Source: an uncultured Candidatus Saccharibacteria bacterium
GTDB lineage: Bacteria; Patescibacteriota; Saccharimonadia; CAILAD01; JADZBC01
Direction: 5' to 3'
NCBI GenBank assembly: GCA_964600985.1
Contig: CAZRJR010000002.1
Location: 40,867-104,866, forward strand
Length of the DNA stretch: 64,000 nucleotides
The translations under genes and the position numbers were made by a program. Each line of letters begins with the position of its first letter. Position 1 is the stretch's first letter. Positions 29,010 to 39,584 of the stretch are shown here, one piece after another. The notes under the pieces are model-generated. The model searched no databases. It had not been told where the DNA came from and worked only from the letters and a program-made list of their open reading frames with translations.

Positions 29010-29457
29010 CGTCCCAGTCAAAGTTGACTGGGATTCGGGGTGGGGCCGGGAGCGAGTCCCGACCCCACCGAACTGCGCACCGAGCTAGCCCCGGTGGAAC
29101 CTAGGTGCCGTACGTTGACCTAGGTTGGTCTCACCGCTGTTTCAGGTGAGCATCATCTGGCGCGGCCGTCGGGGCGGTCAGATGATGGTGGAGGCGAGGA
29201 AGACCTGGGTGGCCGCAGCAGCCACCGGGCGACCGCGAGCAGCGGTCGGCACGGTCTTCAGCTCACCCTTCAGCATGGTGCACATGCAGTACCTCCAGGA
29301 GGCGTAGGGCGACTCCGAACGGCGTTCCGTTCGGGCATTACAGCGCTGCAGCACATAGGTGCGGAAGGTGGTTTCGGAACTTCTCTCGGCTACATTCCCG
29401 GTTCAACTCCAGGAGATACAACGTTGGTCAGAACATCTGCTTTACCTTACAGCGTTA
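29010..29457 (-). ncRNA. Candidate structured RNA (~450 nt) containing a 35-codon ORF
   Basis: TTGACA-17-CAAAAT at 29491-29463; about six consecutive hairpins at 29010-29190. Confidence 0.5.
29178..29285 (-). CDS. Putative 35-aa peptide MCTMLKGELKTVPTAARGRPVAAAATQVFLASTII
   Basis: GGAGG RBS 6 nt upstream of ATG, GC3-rich codons. Confidence 0.4.
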   Translation of the reverse strand: MCTMLKGELKTVPTAARGRPVAAAATQVFLASTII

Positions 29458-29541
29458 GGGTAATTTTGGCTTAGCCTCCGAATTCTGTCAAGGACTCCAT
29501 ACTAATTTGTGGACACTAGCCAATCAGATTATAATGGCCTC

Positions 29542-30903
29542 ATGAAGTTTGTGGAGGATATATTTAAGGCCTACGACATACGTGGCTTGAGCGGTGGTGA
29601 GAATGCTGAGCTAACCACCGAAGTAGCTCGCGCAGTTGGCCGCGCGTTGGCCGGTACACTGCCAAGCGCCGGTAAAGTGGTGGTCGGTAGAGATATGCGA
29701 ACTGATTCCGAGGCACTGCACCAGGCTTTGGTAGAAGGCTTAACCCAGCAAGGCCGAAGTGTGATTGATATTGGCTTAGTTACGACCGACATGGTGTATT
29801 TTGCCACTGGTCACTTCAAGGCTGCAGGTGGGGCAATGGTAACCGCTAGCCACAACCCTGGTAAGTACAACGGCATTAAGCTCTGTGGAAAGGGTGTAGT
29901 GCCAATTGGTGAATCTACGGGGTTGGGAGACATCCGGGGATTAGTTCGTAGCGAAAAGTTCAAGCGTATTGCTAAGGTGGGTGTGGTGACTCAGGAAGAT
30001 GTGCGTGCAGCTTGGTTAAAACATGCTCTCAGTTTTGTAGACGCCGAGCGACTGCTGCCATTTCATATGGCATTGGATGCCGGCAATGGTATGGCAGGGA
30101 TAATTGTCGATGCACTCAGCGCTGCTACACCGCTCAACATCGAAGCCATGTTTACCGAGCTAGACGGTAGTTTTCCGAATCATCCCGCTAACCCTACATT
30201 ACCTGAGGGTCTTAAGGACGTTGTGGCTCGTGTAGAAAGTGACCATTTAGATCTAGCGGTAGCCTTTGACGGTGATGGCGATAGGGCGGTACTGATTGAC
30301 GACAAAGCACGGCCCGTGAATCCTGGAGTTCTTGGTGCGCTGCTCATTGAACACTACCTGGCCAAGAACCCTGGCGCGCACATTGTGTACGATGCTCGAG
30401 CAAGCCACATAATGCCAGATACTATTACCAAATGTGGTGGAGTGGCCGTGCGAAGCAAGGTAGGCCATAGCAACATCAAAGCGTTAATGCACGAGTACAA
30501 AGCGGTCTTGGGTGTAGAGCAGTCAGCTCACTACTACTTCAAAGACAACTTCTATGCCGATTCGGGCCTGATTGCCACCCTTGTAGCACTCGACATTATA
30601 TCTAAATCAGGCCAAAAGTTATCGGAGCTTGTTGATCGGCTGAGTGTGTATGCAAACTCGGGCGAAGTTAATATGCCGCTTGCAACATTCGGCGACACCG
30701 AAGCTAAACTACGCGAGTTGCGCATGGCCTATAGTGATGGTGTGCAGGACGAGCTGGATGGCCTGACGGTAGAATACCCTGAGTGGTGGTTCAACGTGCG
30801 ACCGAGCAATACTGAGCCTCTATTGCGCCTGAGCGTGGAGTCCAAAGACGCTACCCTGACAGCTGAGAAGGTCGAGGAATTATTGAAGATCCTAAAGTCC
30901 TAG
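29542..30903 (+). CDS. manB: Phosphomannomutase/phosphoglucomutase
   Basis: IFKAYDIRG, TASHNP, FDGDGDR, NVRPSNTEPLLRL. Confidence 0.93.
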   Translation: MKFVEDIFKAYDIRGLSGGENAELTTEVARAVGRALAGTLPSAGKVVVGRDMRTDSEALHQALVEGLTQQGRSVIDIGLVTTDMVYFATGHFKAAGGAMVTASHNPGKYNGIKLCGKGVVPIGESTGLGDIRGLVRSEKFKRIAKVGVVTQEDVRAAWLKHALSFVDAERLLPFHMALDAGNGMAGIIVDALSAATPLNIEAMFTELDGSFPNHPANPTLPEGLKDVVARVESDHLDLAVAFDGDGDRAVLIDDKARPVNPGVLGALLIEHYLAKNPGAHIVYDARASHIMPDTITKCGGVAVRSKVGHSNIKALMHEYKAVLGVEQSAHYYFKDNFYADSGLIATLVALDIISKSGQKLSELVDRLSVYANSGEVNMPLATFGDTEAKLRELRMAYSDGVQDELDGLTVEYPEWWFNVRPSNTEPLLRLSVESKDATLTAEKVEELLKILKS

Positions 30904-30906
30904 CTG

Positions 30907-31821
30907 ATGAGCGAGGGTGTACGGGAGAAGATTGAGCAAAAAGTAGAGCAGGCGGTGCTCCGGCTGCTAAGCTACTATGCCGTGTTTGGCCTTGCAGCCA
31001 CCGAGGCCGAAGTGAATAGCTATATCGGTATCAGAGTAGGGCACTTGGCAGTTCGAGACGCCCTGCGAGAGCTCACCGAGGTGGGTAAGCTCTCCCGGGC
31101 CACTGATGGCAGTTACAGGTTGGCTGGCCACACCCACCACAGCAGAGAAACCATGCTGCGCAGGCAAGAGGTGCTGGTGGCTAAGGCCAGGCGATGGGCT
31201 CGTTTGTTTGGCTTACTGCCATTTATTAAATCGGTCGTGGTGGTAAACAGCGCGGCGCTTGGCAATGTAACGGCCGAAAGTGACGTTGACTTGCTGATTG
31301 TGACTAAGCCGAACCGTATATACATTGCCAAAGGCATCCTTATGTATGGGCTTAAGTTCCTACGGCAACTCGAAACTGAGGAGAACAAGGCCGGGCGGTT
31401 TAGCCTAGGCATGTTTGTTACTACTGCTGGAGTGAATTGGCAGCGTGACATAATGGCGGTGAATGATCCGCACTTAGCGTATTGGCTTATGCTGGCGCGT
31501 CCTGTGTATGGCGCTTCGGTATGGCAAAACTTGCTCAAAACCAGTCCTTATTTGCAAGAAGCCTTTCCGAACTACGTATGGCCCAAGGCTCCCAGGCGCA
31601 TCTATAGCGGCGGCCTTACTTGGTTGGATCAGCTCGATAGCAAAGGCTACCGCAAACATCTTAAGCATACTGCAGGACAACCCAAAATGCACACCAAGGA
31701 GGCCTTTGTACGTGTCCGGCCAGATATTTTAAACCTCCATGCGCTCGACCAGAGTGGTAAGATAGCACGCAAATACCAACGCATTTTAGAATCGATCAAA
31801 GTGTCTGTATCCAAAGATTAA
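30907..31821 (+). CDS. Nucleotidyltransferase-domain protein with N-terminal wHTH (common CPR family)
   Basis: LPFIKSVVVVNSAALGN..ESDVDLLIVTKPNRIY. Confidence 0.7.
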   Translation: MSEGVREKIEQKVEQAVLRLLSYYAVFGLAATEAEVNSYIGIRVGHLAVRDALRELTEVGKLSRATDGSYRLAGHTHHSRETMLRRQEVLVAKARRWARLFGLLPFIKSVVVVNSAALGNVTAESDVDLLIVTKPNRIYIAKGILMYGLKFLRQLETEENKAGRFSLGMFVTTAGVNWQRDIMAVNDPHLAYWLMLARPVYGASVWQNLLKTSPYLQEAFPNYVWPKAPRRIYSGGLTWLDQLDSKGYRKHLKHTAGQPKMHTKEAFVRVRPDILNLHALDQSGKIARKYQRILESIKVSVSKD

Positions 31822-31853
31822 GGAACAATCAATTCAGCCTCAAATATTGCCAC

Positions 31854-31882
31854 TTGACAAACTAAAAGTAATGCCCTATAAT
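31854..31882 (+). promoter_or_regulatory. Consensus sigma-70 promoter
   Basis: TTGACA-17 nt-TATAAT. Confidence 0.85.
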
Positions 31883-31888
31883 GGGCCT

Positions 31889-32440
31889 CAACATTTGAAT
31901 AGCTATAGGTATCGAAACACCCCGCCACGGAGCAAGCCTTAAGGCTCCAGCAAAGCGGGGTTTTTTGTCCCAAGAAATGTAAGGCTACAAGTGTCTAGGC
32001 AGAAGCAGTGAGGCTTCTCCTCTCATGTTTAACGGCCGCGCTTAGGATCGCGACCTGACATGAGGGGGCATCCTAGACCTCTCAGGTAACACAACTTCCT
32101 TATTGTTGTGCGTGGCAGCGACGCTCTCGCTGCGCCTAAAGTGACCTACAAGCAGGTCTAACTAGGTAACTACATACTTTAACCCTGGCTTCCGCCGAGT
32201 GGATGATGCTTAATGCACCACATCTGGCTATGGACTGTCACCGTCAAGTTGTGGTTGCTATGCATAGTCACTACTCATTGCTAGTAGTGGGAGTGGTGAA
32301 CTATAAAATCAGAAATTATCTAGGAGCCCCATAGATTCTCTTTGCTTAGGATCGAAGAGCGCAATGGGGCGGAATAATCCTCCGTCATCCCGGCCGAGCG
32401 ACCGATTCGCTTTGTACCTACCAAGGAAAGGGGTGGAGTC
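31889..32440 (+). promoter_or_regulatory. Long structured 5' leader with early terminator/attenuator
   Basis: CCCCGC...GCGGGG-TTTTTT at 31920-31966 followed by many multibranch stems; no ORF. Confidence 0.6.
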
Positions 32441-33490
32441 ATGGGCCGCTTGCCCATCTTCATCTTCGCCGTCGTGTTCATCATCGGTGGCATTGTCATC
32501 AGCAGCATCGCCAAGCGCAAGGCTCGTACGGCCGAGCGCGAGGCAGCTGACGTGCCGGAGGAGTCTGGCGGCTACGGCTACAGCCATGGTGATGCCAAGG
32601 CTCGGCTCCGCCGCGAGGCGGACCAGGCCCACATGGTGGCCGTGGGGGCCAAGGCCGTCGGCCTGGGCTTCGGCCTGATGCTGCTGGCCTACAGCGTGCT
32701 CAGGGTCGTCTCGGCCAACACGGTGGCAATCCCGACCAACTTCGGAGCCATCGGCAAGCCGGTCAACCCGGGCATCCACCTGACTGCACCCTGGACGGAG
32801 TACCACTCCTTCAGCACGCGGATCCAGGAGAGCCAACGACTCAGTGCGACCGACGAGGGCGACAAGACCTCGTCGGACTGCGTCACGGTCGCAGCCAGCG
32901 ACGGCGCAGACGCATGCGTCGATGCCACCATCCGCTTCACGATCGACAAGGGTCGTGCGGACGAGTTGTACCGGCGGTACGGAAGCTTCGATGCCATCAC
33001 CAGCAAGCTGGTTCGCCGCGAGGTGGAATCCGGCCTGAAGGTGGTCTACGGGCAGTACACGCCCGAAGAGGCCAAGAGTGGTGCCAAGTTGGCGACCATC
33101 GAGCGCGACAGCAACGAGGTGCTCAAGAAGCGCCTCGACCGCTACGGCGTCACGGTGGATCGGGTCGTCCTCGGTCGGGTCCAGTTCACGGACCCGGCGG
33201 TGCAGCAACGCATCGACGACAAGATCAAGGCCCGGCAGGAAGCTGAGAAGGCCGTGATCGAGCAGAAGACCGCTCTGACGCGCGCCGAGACCAAGCGGAA
33301 GGAGGCCGAGGTCAACGCCAAGGCCAAGCTCATCAACGCTCAGGCCGAGGCAGATGCCAACGCCAAGCTCGCAGCTTCGCTCACGCCCGAGCTCCTCACC
33401 AAGCTGTACTACGAGGCTCTGGCCAAGGGCGGCAAGGTGATCGTGACCAATGGCGCGCAGGCGCCGGTCATCGTCGACAGCGGCAACTAG
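32441..33490 (+). CDS. SPFH/band 7 (prohibitin-like) domain membrane protein
   Basis: Two N-terminal TMs, FGAIGKPVNPGIHLTAPW, VDATIRFTID, Ala/Glu coiled coil, LAASLTPELL; strongly GC3-rich. Confidence 0.92.
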   Translation: MGRLPIFIFAVVFIIGGIVISSIAKRKARTAEREAADVPEESGGYGYSHGDAKARLRREADQAHMVAVGAKAVGLGFGLMLLAYSVLRVVSANTVAIPTNFGAIGKPVNPGIHLTAPWTEYHSFSTRIQESQRLSATDEGDKTSSDCVTVAASDGADACVDATIRFTIDKGRADELYRRYGSFDAITSKLVRREVESGLKVVYGQYTPEEAKSGAKLATIERDSNEVLKKRLDRYGVTVDRVVLGRVQFTDPAVQQRIDDKIKARQEAEKAVIEQKTALTRAETKRKEAEVNAKAKLINAQAEADANAKLAASLTPELLTKLYYEALAKGGKVIVTNGAQAPVIVDSGN

Positions 33491-33580
33491 GCCGCAACAC
33501 AACAAGTAGTTCCTTCGGGGACTACGCAGGCACAGGAGTAAGCCCCACAAACTCCTCACTCCGAGCTTCGGCTCGGGGTG

Positions 33581-33635
33581 GCAACATCAATAACTGAGTA
33601 GTTATTCTGATGAGTCCAAAAGGACGAAATGTTGT
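33581..33635 (+). ncRNA. Type III hammerhead ribozyme
   Basis: GCAACA-UC^-AAUAACU-GAGU-AGUUAUU-CUGAUGA-GUCC-AAAA-GGAC-GAAA-UGUUGU: complete core, three stems, AUC cleavage triplet. Confidence 0.92.
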
Positions 33636-33659
33636 AAGTTACTTTCGGCGGTCATACTT

Positions 33660-33884
33660 TGTCACCTGAGCCAGTCGAAGGGTTTGCCTTAACTCTCTAA
33701 TTCTCCTCAAAACACCTTCCTACTTTTGAATATGCCAAAAGTAGGAAGGTGTATTCCCAGCATGGGACTCACATCTAGGAGCACCCAATTCCTCATCATA
33801 CAGATATTCGCTCCCACTGCGAGTTTAAAGACTCTCGTGGTTAGCTTATTCTAATGCTTCGAAACTGTTTTTCCTGATGTTCGA
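33660..33884 (-). repeat. ~225-bp palindromic non-coding element, copy B
   Basis: ACACCTTCCTACTTTTG-N7-CAAAAGTAGGAAGGTGT core; reverse complement collinear with 18185-18409. Confidence 0.7.
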
Positions 33885-33954
33885 ATGCTGGATAGGGCAA
33901 GAAGCAAAGAAATCAAGGGCTTGACGGGCCCACAGCTACTTTTGTACACTGTAC

Positions 33955-33981
33955 TTAGCACTCAAAGCATTAGAGTGCTAA
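33955..33981. promoter_or_regulatory. CIRCE element (HrcA operator) downstream of the groESL promoter
   Basis: Perfect TTAGCACTC-N9-GAGTGCTAA; TTGACG(33921)...TACACT(33945) upstream. Confidence 0.96.
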
Positions 33982-34033
33982 TGCTTACTAAGAGTAAAGT
34001 TACAGTAATAATACTATCAACAAGGAGGCAGAT

Positions 34034-35949
<1,916 letters not shown>

Positions 35950-35970
35950 GTATAAAATAGCCCCCTATTC

Positions 35971-35999
35971 AAAAGACCCGATTTAGTTCGGGTCTTTTG
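35971..35999 (+). terminator. Intrinsic terminator of groESL
   Basis: AAAAGACCCGA-TTTAGT-TCGGGTCTTTTG. Confidence 0.8.
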
Positions 36000-36014
36000 T
36001 TATATAATCAGTAC

Positions 36015-36830
36015 ATGAATCGATTTAATCCTGGACCACCCAAACAACCCATGGGTGACCCCACGCGCTTCTTGGACCAAGATGATCCGTTGGACGAGGA
36101 GGCTACAGAAGTTGGGGATACTGATAGTGAATCAGGTAATCGACCAACTCCAGAGGAAGAAGCCACTGAAGTTAGAGCATTTGGAGAACAGATTCGCCAA
36201 CTCCTTATGTACTCGCCAAAGGAAGACACGCATATAGCAGATGCAGGCCCCGTTTCTAGGTCGACAGCAGTTCAGCCTACATATCAGTACTACGACCCAA
36301 TGGGAGAGGACTTTTATAAAGGGCTTGAGCAGCATGGTTATACTGGGGTGCATAGTGACCTAAGAACGTTCCGTAAACACTTGCATGAGTCGGCAAAGTC
36401 GACCGGGAATGGCTTAGCTCCGGATGAAAATTATACTGATTCTGCTGTGATACTGAGTTACAGGCTTAACGGAATGACTGTAACATTAGACCTCTCGGTA
36501 GGCACTAGGTCGTTGGTTGCTGGAGGATTATGGAGTATTCAAGTAACCGAGGAGCAGTCGGATCGGCGAAGCCAACGTGTCCTCCAGTGCCTTAAGATTA
36601 AAAATGCAGAACCATCGCTTAATGCCTATTTTAAAGCTTACGGAGAGAATCCGCCTCCTGACATTTCTTTTGAGGACAATTACCTGAGTTTGAGTATTCG
36701 TGAAGTACGTGATTACTTCCATAAAGTACTAGATGCTTGTATTCAATTGTCCATGGAGCACTATGATCCCGGGGCAAATAAAAGTGATACTAACTCCGCA
36801 GAACCTCCAGAACCAAGACTAGACGTCTAG
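36015..36830 (+). CDS. Hypothetical protein
   Basis: Long ORF, ATG 6 nt after TATAAT; internal EEATEV repeat. Confidence 0.6.
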   Translation: MNRFNPGPPKQPMGDPTRFLDQDDPLDEEATEVGDTDSESGNRPTPEEEATEVRAFGEQIRQLLMYSPKEDTHIADAGPVSRSTAVQPTYQYYDPMGEDFYKGLEQHGYTGVHSDLRTFRKHLHESAKSTGNGLAPDENYTDSAVILSYRLNGMTVTLDLSVGTRSLVAGGLWSIQVTEEQSDRRSQRVLQCLKIKNAEPSLNAYFKAYGENPPPDISFEDNYLSLSIREVRDYFHKVLDACIQLSMEHYDPGANKSDTNSAEPPEPRLDV

Positions 36831-37454
36831 CTGTTCTCGAAGTTCTTGAGCGCGTTTGGTGTGCTTGTCGCCACCGTATTGAGGTATAAGGGCTTCAGCT
36901 TCCGAAAGTACCGTATCTGCCAGACCCATATCACCGCTCTTTACCAGGGCTTCGGCGTAGTAAAGCTTGTTGTAGAGCTCATAGTATCGATTATCGGCTG
37001 CCTTTAATAGCTCGTCGGCCTTCTTGAAGCCTCCTAAGGCACCTGGCATATCGCCCTGCTCCGTCTTCAGTCGAGCGCCAAAGCCAAGCGTAGCGGCGTA
37101 TTCGGCATCATTGCCTGCAGCTTCGAGTAACTCGAGCGATTGTGCGATGTCTTGCTCGGCTTCGGTATACTTACCAAGCTTACCGAGAACTCGGGCATGG
37201 TCCCGCAGTGCATTTGGCTTGTCACTGTCGTCGCACGTCTTTAGAACAGTATCTAGCTCCTTGAGTGCCTCGTCGTACTGCTCGGCATTGGTTAGGCTTA
37301 CACCGAGCATCCAGCGTGCTTCGGTGTCTCGTGGGCCTCCAGTTGCCAATGCTTCACGATACAGCTCAATCGCCTGCTTGTCTTCAGTTGCAACTCGAGC
37401 CTCATTGGCTCGGTCTAATAGATCTTCGTAGGATTGGGTCATAGTCGTCTCCAT
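36819..37454 (-). CDS. Tetratricopeptide repeat protein
   Basis: Repeated helical TPR-like motifs. Confidence 0.75.
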   Translation of the reverse strand: METTMTQSYEDLLDRANEARVATEDKQAIELYREALATGGPRDTEARWMLGVSLTNAEQYDEALKELDTVLKTCDDSDKPNALRDHARVLGKLGKYTEAEQDIAQSLELLEAAGNDAEYAATLGFGARLKTEQGDMPGALGGFKKADELLKAADNRYYELYNKLYYAEALVKSGDMGLADTVLSEAEALIPQYGGDKHTKRAQELREQLDV

Positions 37455-37497
37455 ATTACCCCAAGATTATACCACTATAGCAGTGTATAATAAGCTT

Positions 37498-38544
37498 ATG
37501 ATTAGCACTGACGACATCAAAAAGTACGACAAGCACCACATATTTGACGCCATAGATACTCAGCCAGCACAGCTGCGCCTTAACTTTGCCGATGGTATGG
37601 GTGATAAGCTCAGTACCGAGCTCGGCCTGGGTATTCGCAACATTGTGTTTGCGGGCATGGGGGGCTCGGCCCTAGCAGGAGTAATTGCCAAGAATTGGCT
37701 GAACCAACAACTGATTGTGCCACTCGAGGTAGTGCGTGGTTACGAGGTACCAGGCTACGTAAATGGGCATACCCTGGTAATGGTGTCCAGCGCTTCGGGC
37801 AATACCGAGGAGGCATTGAGTTGCTTGCGTGACGCGCTGCGCAAAAACGCTCAGGTAATTACATTAGCAAGTGGTGGCAAGCTCGATAAGCAAGCCAAGG
37901 ACAAGGTGCTACTTGAGATTGACTTGGCCGCCTATGCTCAGCCACGACTTGGTGTATTGGCTGAGCTCAGGGCGCTAGCATGCGTAAGCGAGAACCTCGG
38001 CCTAGTAAGCAAGGTAGATATGCGCCGCGAACTCGAGGACGTAGCAAACTTCTTGGACACACAGAAGTGCCAGTGGAACCTTGATGCGCCAAACGATAAC
38101 GTTGCGCGCCAAATCGCCAAGCAACTTCATGGCAAACCAGCACTCATATATGCAGGTCCAAGCCTAGCTTCTGCGGCGTATAAATGGAAGATCGACATAA
38201 ATGAAAACGCCAAGCAAATGGCGAACGCTAATGTATTCCCTGAGTTGAATCATAACGAAATGCAAGGCTGGTTGTTCCCGGAGCACAAAAATACCCAGGT
38301 AGTAGAGCTGCACTCAAGCCTGGATAACGAGCGGATTAAAAAGCGCTTTGTAGTAACTCGGCAGGTGTTGGCTAAACACGGTTATGAGCCTATACGGGTC
38401 GAGGTAGTGGGAAATACGCATATTCAGCAGCTGCTGAGTACCATTATGCTCGGAGACTATGTATCGGCCTACTTAGGGATCTTGAATGACGTGGATCCTT
38501 CGCCGGTCGAGCTAGTGGAAAAGTTCAAGAAGGAACTAGGTTAA
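37498..38544 (+). CDS. Bifunctional phosphoglucose/phosphomannose isomerase
   Basis: GMGGSAL, SSASGNTEE, WKIDINENAK, FPELNHNE, PVELVEKFK. Confidence 0.93.
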   Translation: MISTDDIKKYDKHHIFDAIDTQPAQLRLNFADGMGDKLSTELGLGIRNIVFAGMGGSALAGVIAKNWLNQQLIVPLEVVRGYEVPGYVNGHTLVMVSSASGNTEEALSCLRDALRKNAQVITLASGGKLDKQAKDKVLLEIDLAAYAQPRLGVLAELRALACVSENLGLVSKVDMRRELEDVANFLDTQKCQWNLDAPNDNVARQIAKQLHGKPALIYAGPSLASAAYKWKIDINENAKQMANANVFPELNHNEMQGWLFPEHKNTQVVELHSSLDNERIKKRFVVTRQVLAKHGYEPIRVEVVGNTHIQQLLSTIMLGDYVSAYLGILNDVDPSPVELVEKFKKELG

Positions 38545-38591
38545 TCCGGGCTAGAAAATAACCTGATTTTAGGCTAAACTATACCAGTTGC

Positions 38592-38681
38592 GGAGAGGTC
38601 GCATAGTGGTCTAGTGCGCCGCCTTGGAAAGGCGGTGTAGGGGCAACTCTACCGAGAGTTCGAATCTCTCCCTCTCCGCCA
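38592..38681 (+). tRNA. tRNA-Ser(GGA)
   Basis: Anticodon arm CCGCC-TTGGAAA-GGCGG, long variable arm, CCA. Confidence 0.96.
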
Positions 38682-38802
38682 AGAGAGAGTTGACCGATAT
38701 TTAGTTAGATCAATTCTCTCTTGAACAGCAATTAGCGTAGCAGGATCGTATAGTTCGTGTTCCACATTTAGGGAGGGGTAACTCGTGTATAATATACCTG
38801 TT

Positions 38803-39582
38803 ATGCCAGAGCCACTACCACTAGCAAAGCATATGCACCAAGATACACCACGTACTGAACCTATGGCGGATGCGAGGTTTGCCGATGGTAGGACTCGTGA
38901 ACAAAATGTGGAGCACAACATGGAAGTACTCGCAGCGGACGAAGTACTTGGCCCCGCGTACGCCCTATGCTACGAGGCGGCAATCACACAGTTTCCCGAG
39001 TTAGGAGATGTATTAATACTAAGCAAAAGCGAGCACAGCACCTCTCCTGGTTCTGCCTGTTCTCGCTGGGCAGAGCATAATTCAACCGGTAGAGATATAG
39101 TTTCTATTAATATGGAACCTGGAAGCATAGAGGATGCGCTAGCCAAGTTGGAGCAACGTCCGGCAACTAAGCGGATTTTTATGGATTATTTGGGTATACA
39201 AGATCCAGCGCAGCTTACGCCGACGAGGGTAATGGCACATATATTCCTCCACGAGCTCGGACATACACTCGACTATGCGAGGCTTATAGATGGCGCTGAA
39301 GCCTACAAGAAGTTTAGGGAAAGACGAAAACAAGAAAAGGCGAACCATCTGCCAATACCAGGAGTAAAGGTGGGTCAGTTGCTCAATCCAGCCTACCAGG
39401 CAAGATTATTAGAGCTAAATCCCGACCTATTTAAGAATTTAGGCGTTAGTGGCTTCTCGGAGCTAGCAGCTAAACAAGAGGTAGGTTACCGACATATGCC
39501 TACAGAGGTATTTGCGGACTCATTTGCCGCTACGATACTGAGGCAAGAGGAATTCACCCTTACATCCTCGGCAGAACTATAG
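38803..39582 (+). CDS. Hypothetical HExxH zinc-metallopeptidase-like protein
   Basis: IFLHELGH and downstream EVFADSFA. Confidence 0.65.
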   Translation: MPEPLPLAKHMHQDTPRTEPMADARFADGRTREQNVEHNMEVLAADEVLGPAYALCYEAAITQFPELGDVLILSKSEHSTSPGSACSRWAEHNSTGRDIVSINMEPGSIEDALAKLEQRPATKRIFMDYLGIQDPAQLTPTRVMAHIFLHELGHTLDYARLIDGAEAYKKFRERRKQEKANHLPIPGVKVGQLLNPAYQARLLELNPDLFKNLGVSGFSELAAKQEVGYRHMPTEVFADSFAATILRQEEFTLTSSAEL

Positions 39583-39584
39583 TA

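Noticed and set aside
29010-29190. Run of evenly spaced hairpins resembling a CRISPR array or attC cassette array
   Set aside because: The hairpins share no repeat sequence, and no cas or integron-integrase gene is present.
28437-29307. ORF-track calls of 60-108 aa in the femX-manB gap
   Set aside because: No RBS, no family motifs and mutually overlapping; the region is better explained as structured RNA.
28461-29457. Possible tmRNA, RNase P RNA, SRP RNA, intron or second ribozyme
   Set aside because: No tRNA-Ala-like ends or tag ending in AA, no GAGGAAAGUCC, no SRP GGAAG loop, no group II domain V, and no hammerhead, twister or pistol core that I could identify by eye.
32309-33559. 416-aa minus-strand ORF
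   Set aside because: Antisense shadow of the GC3-rich SPFH gene with no recognisable motifs.
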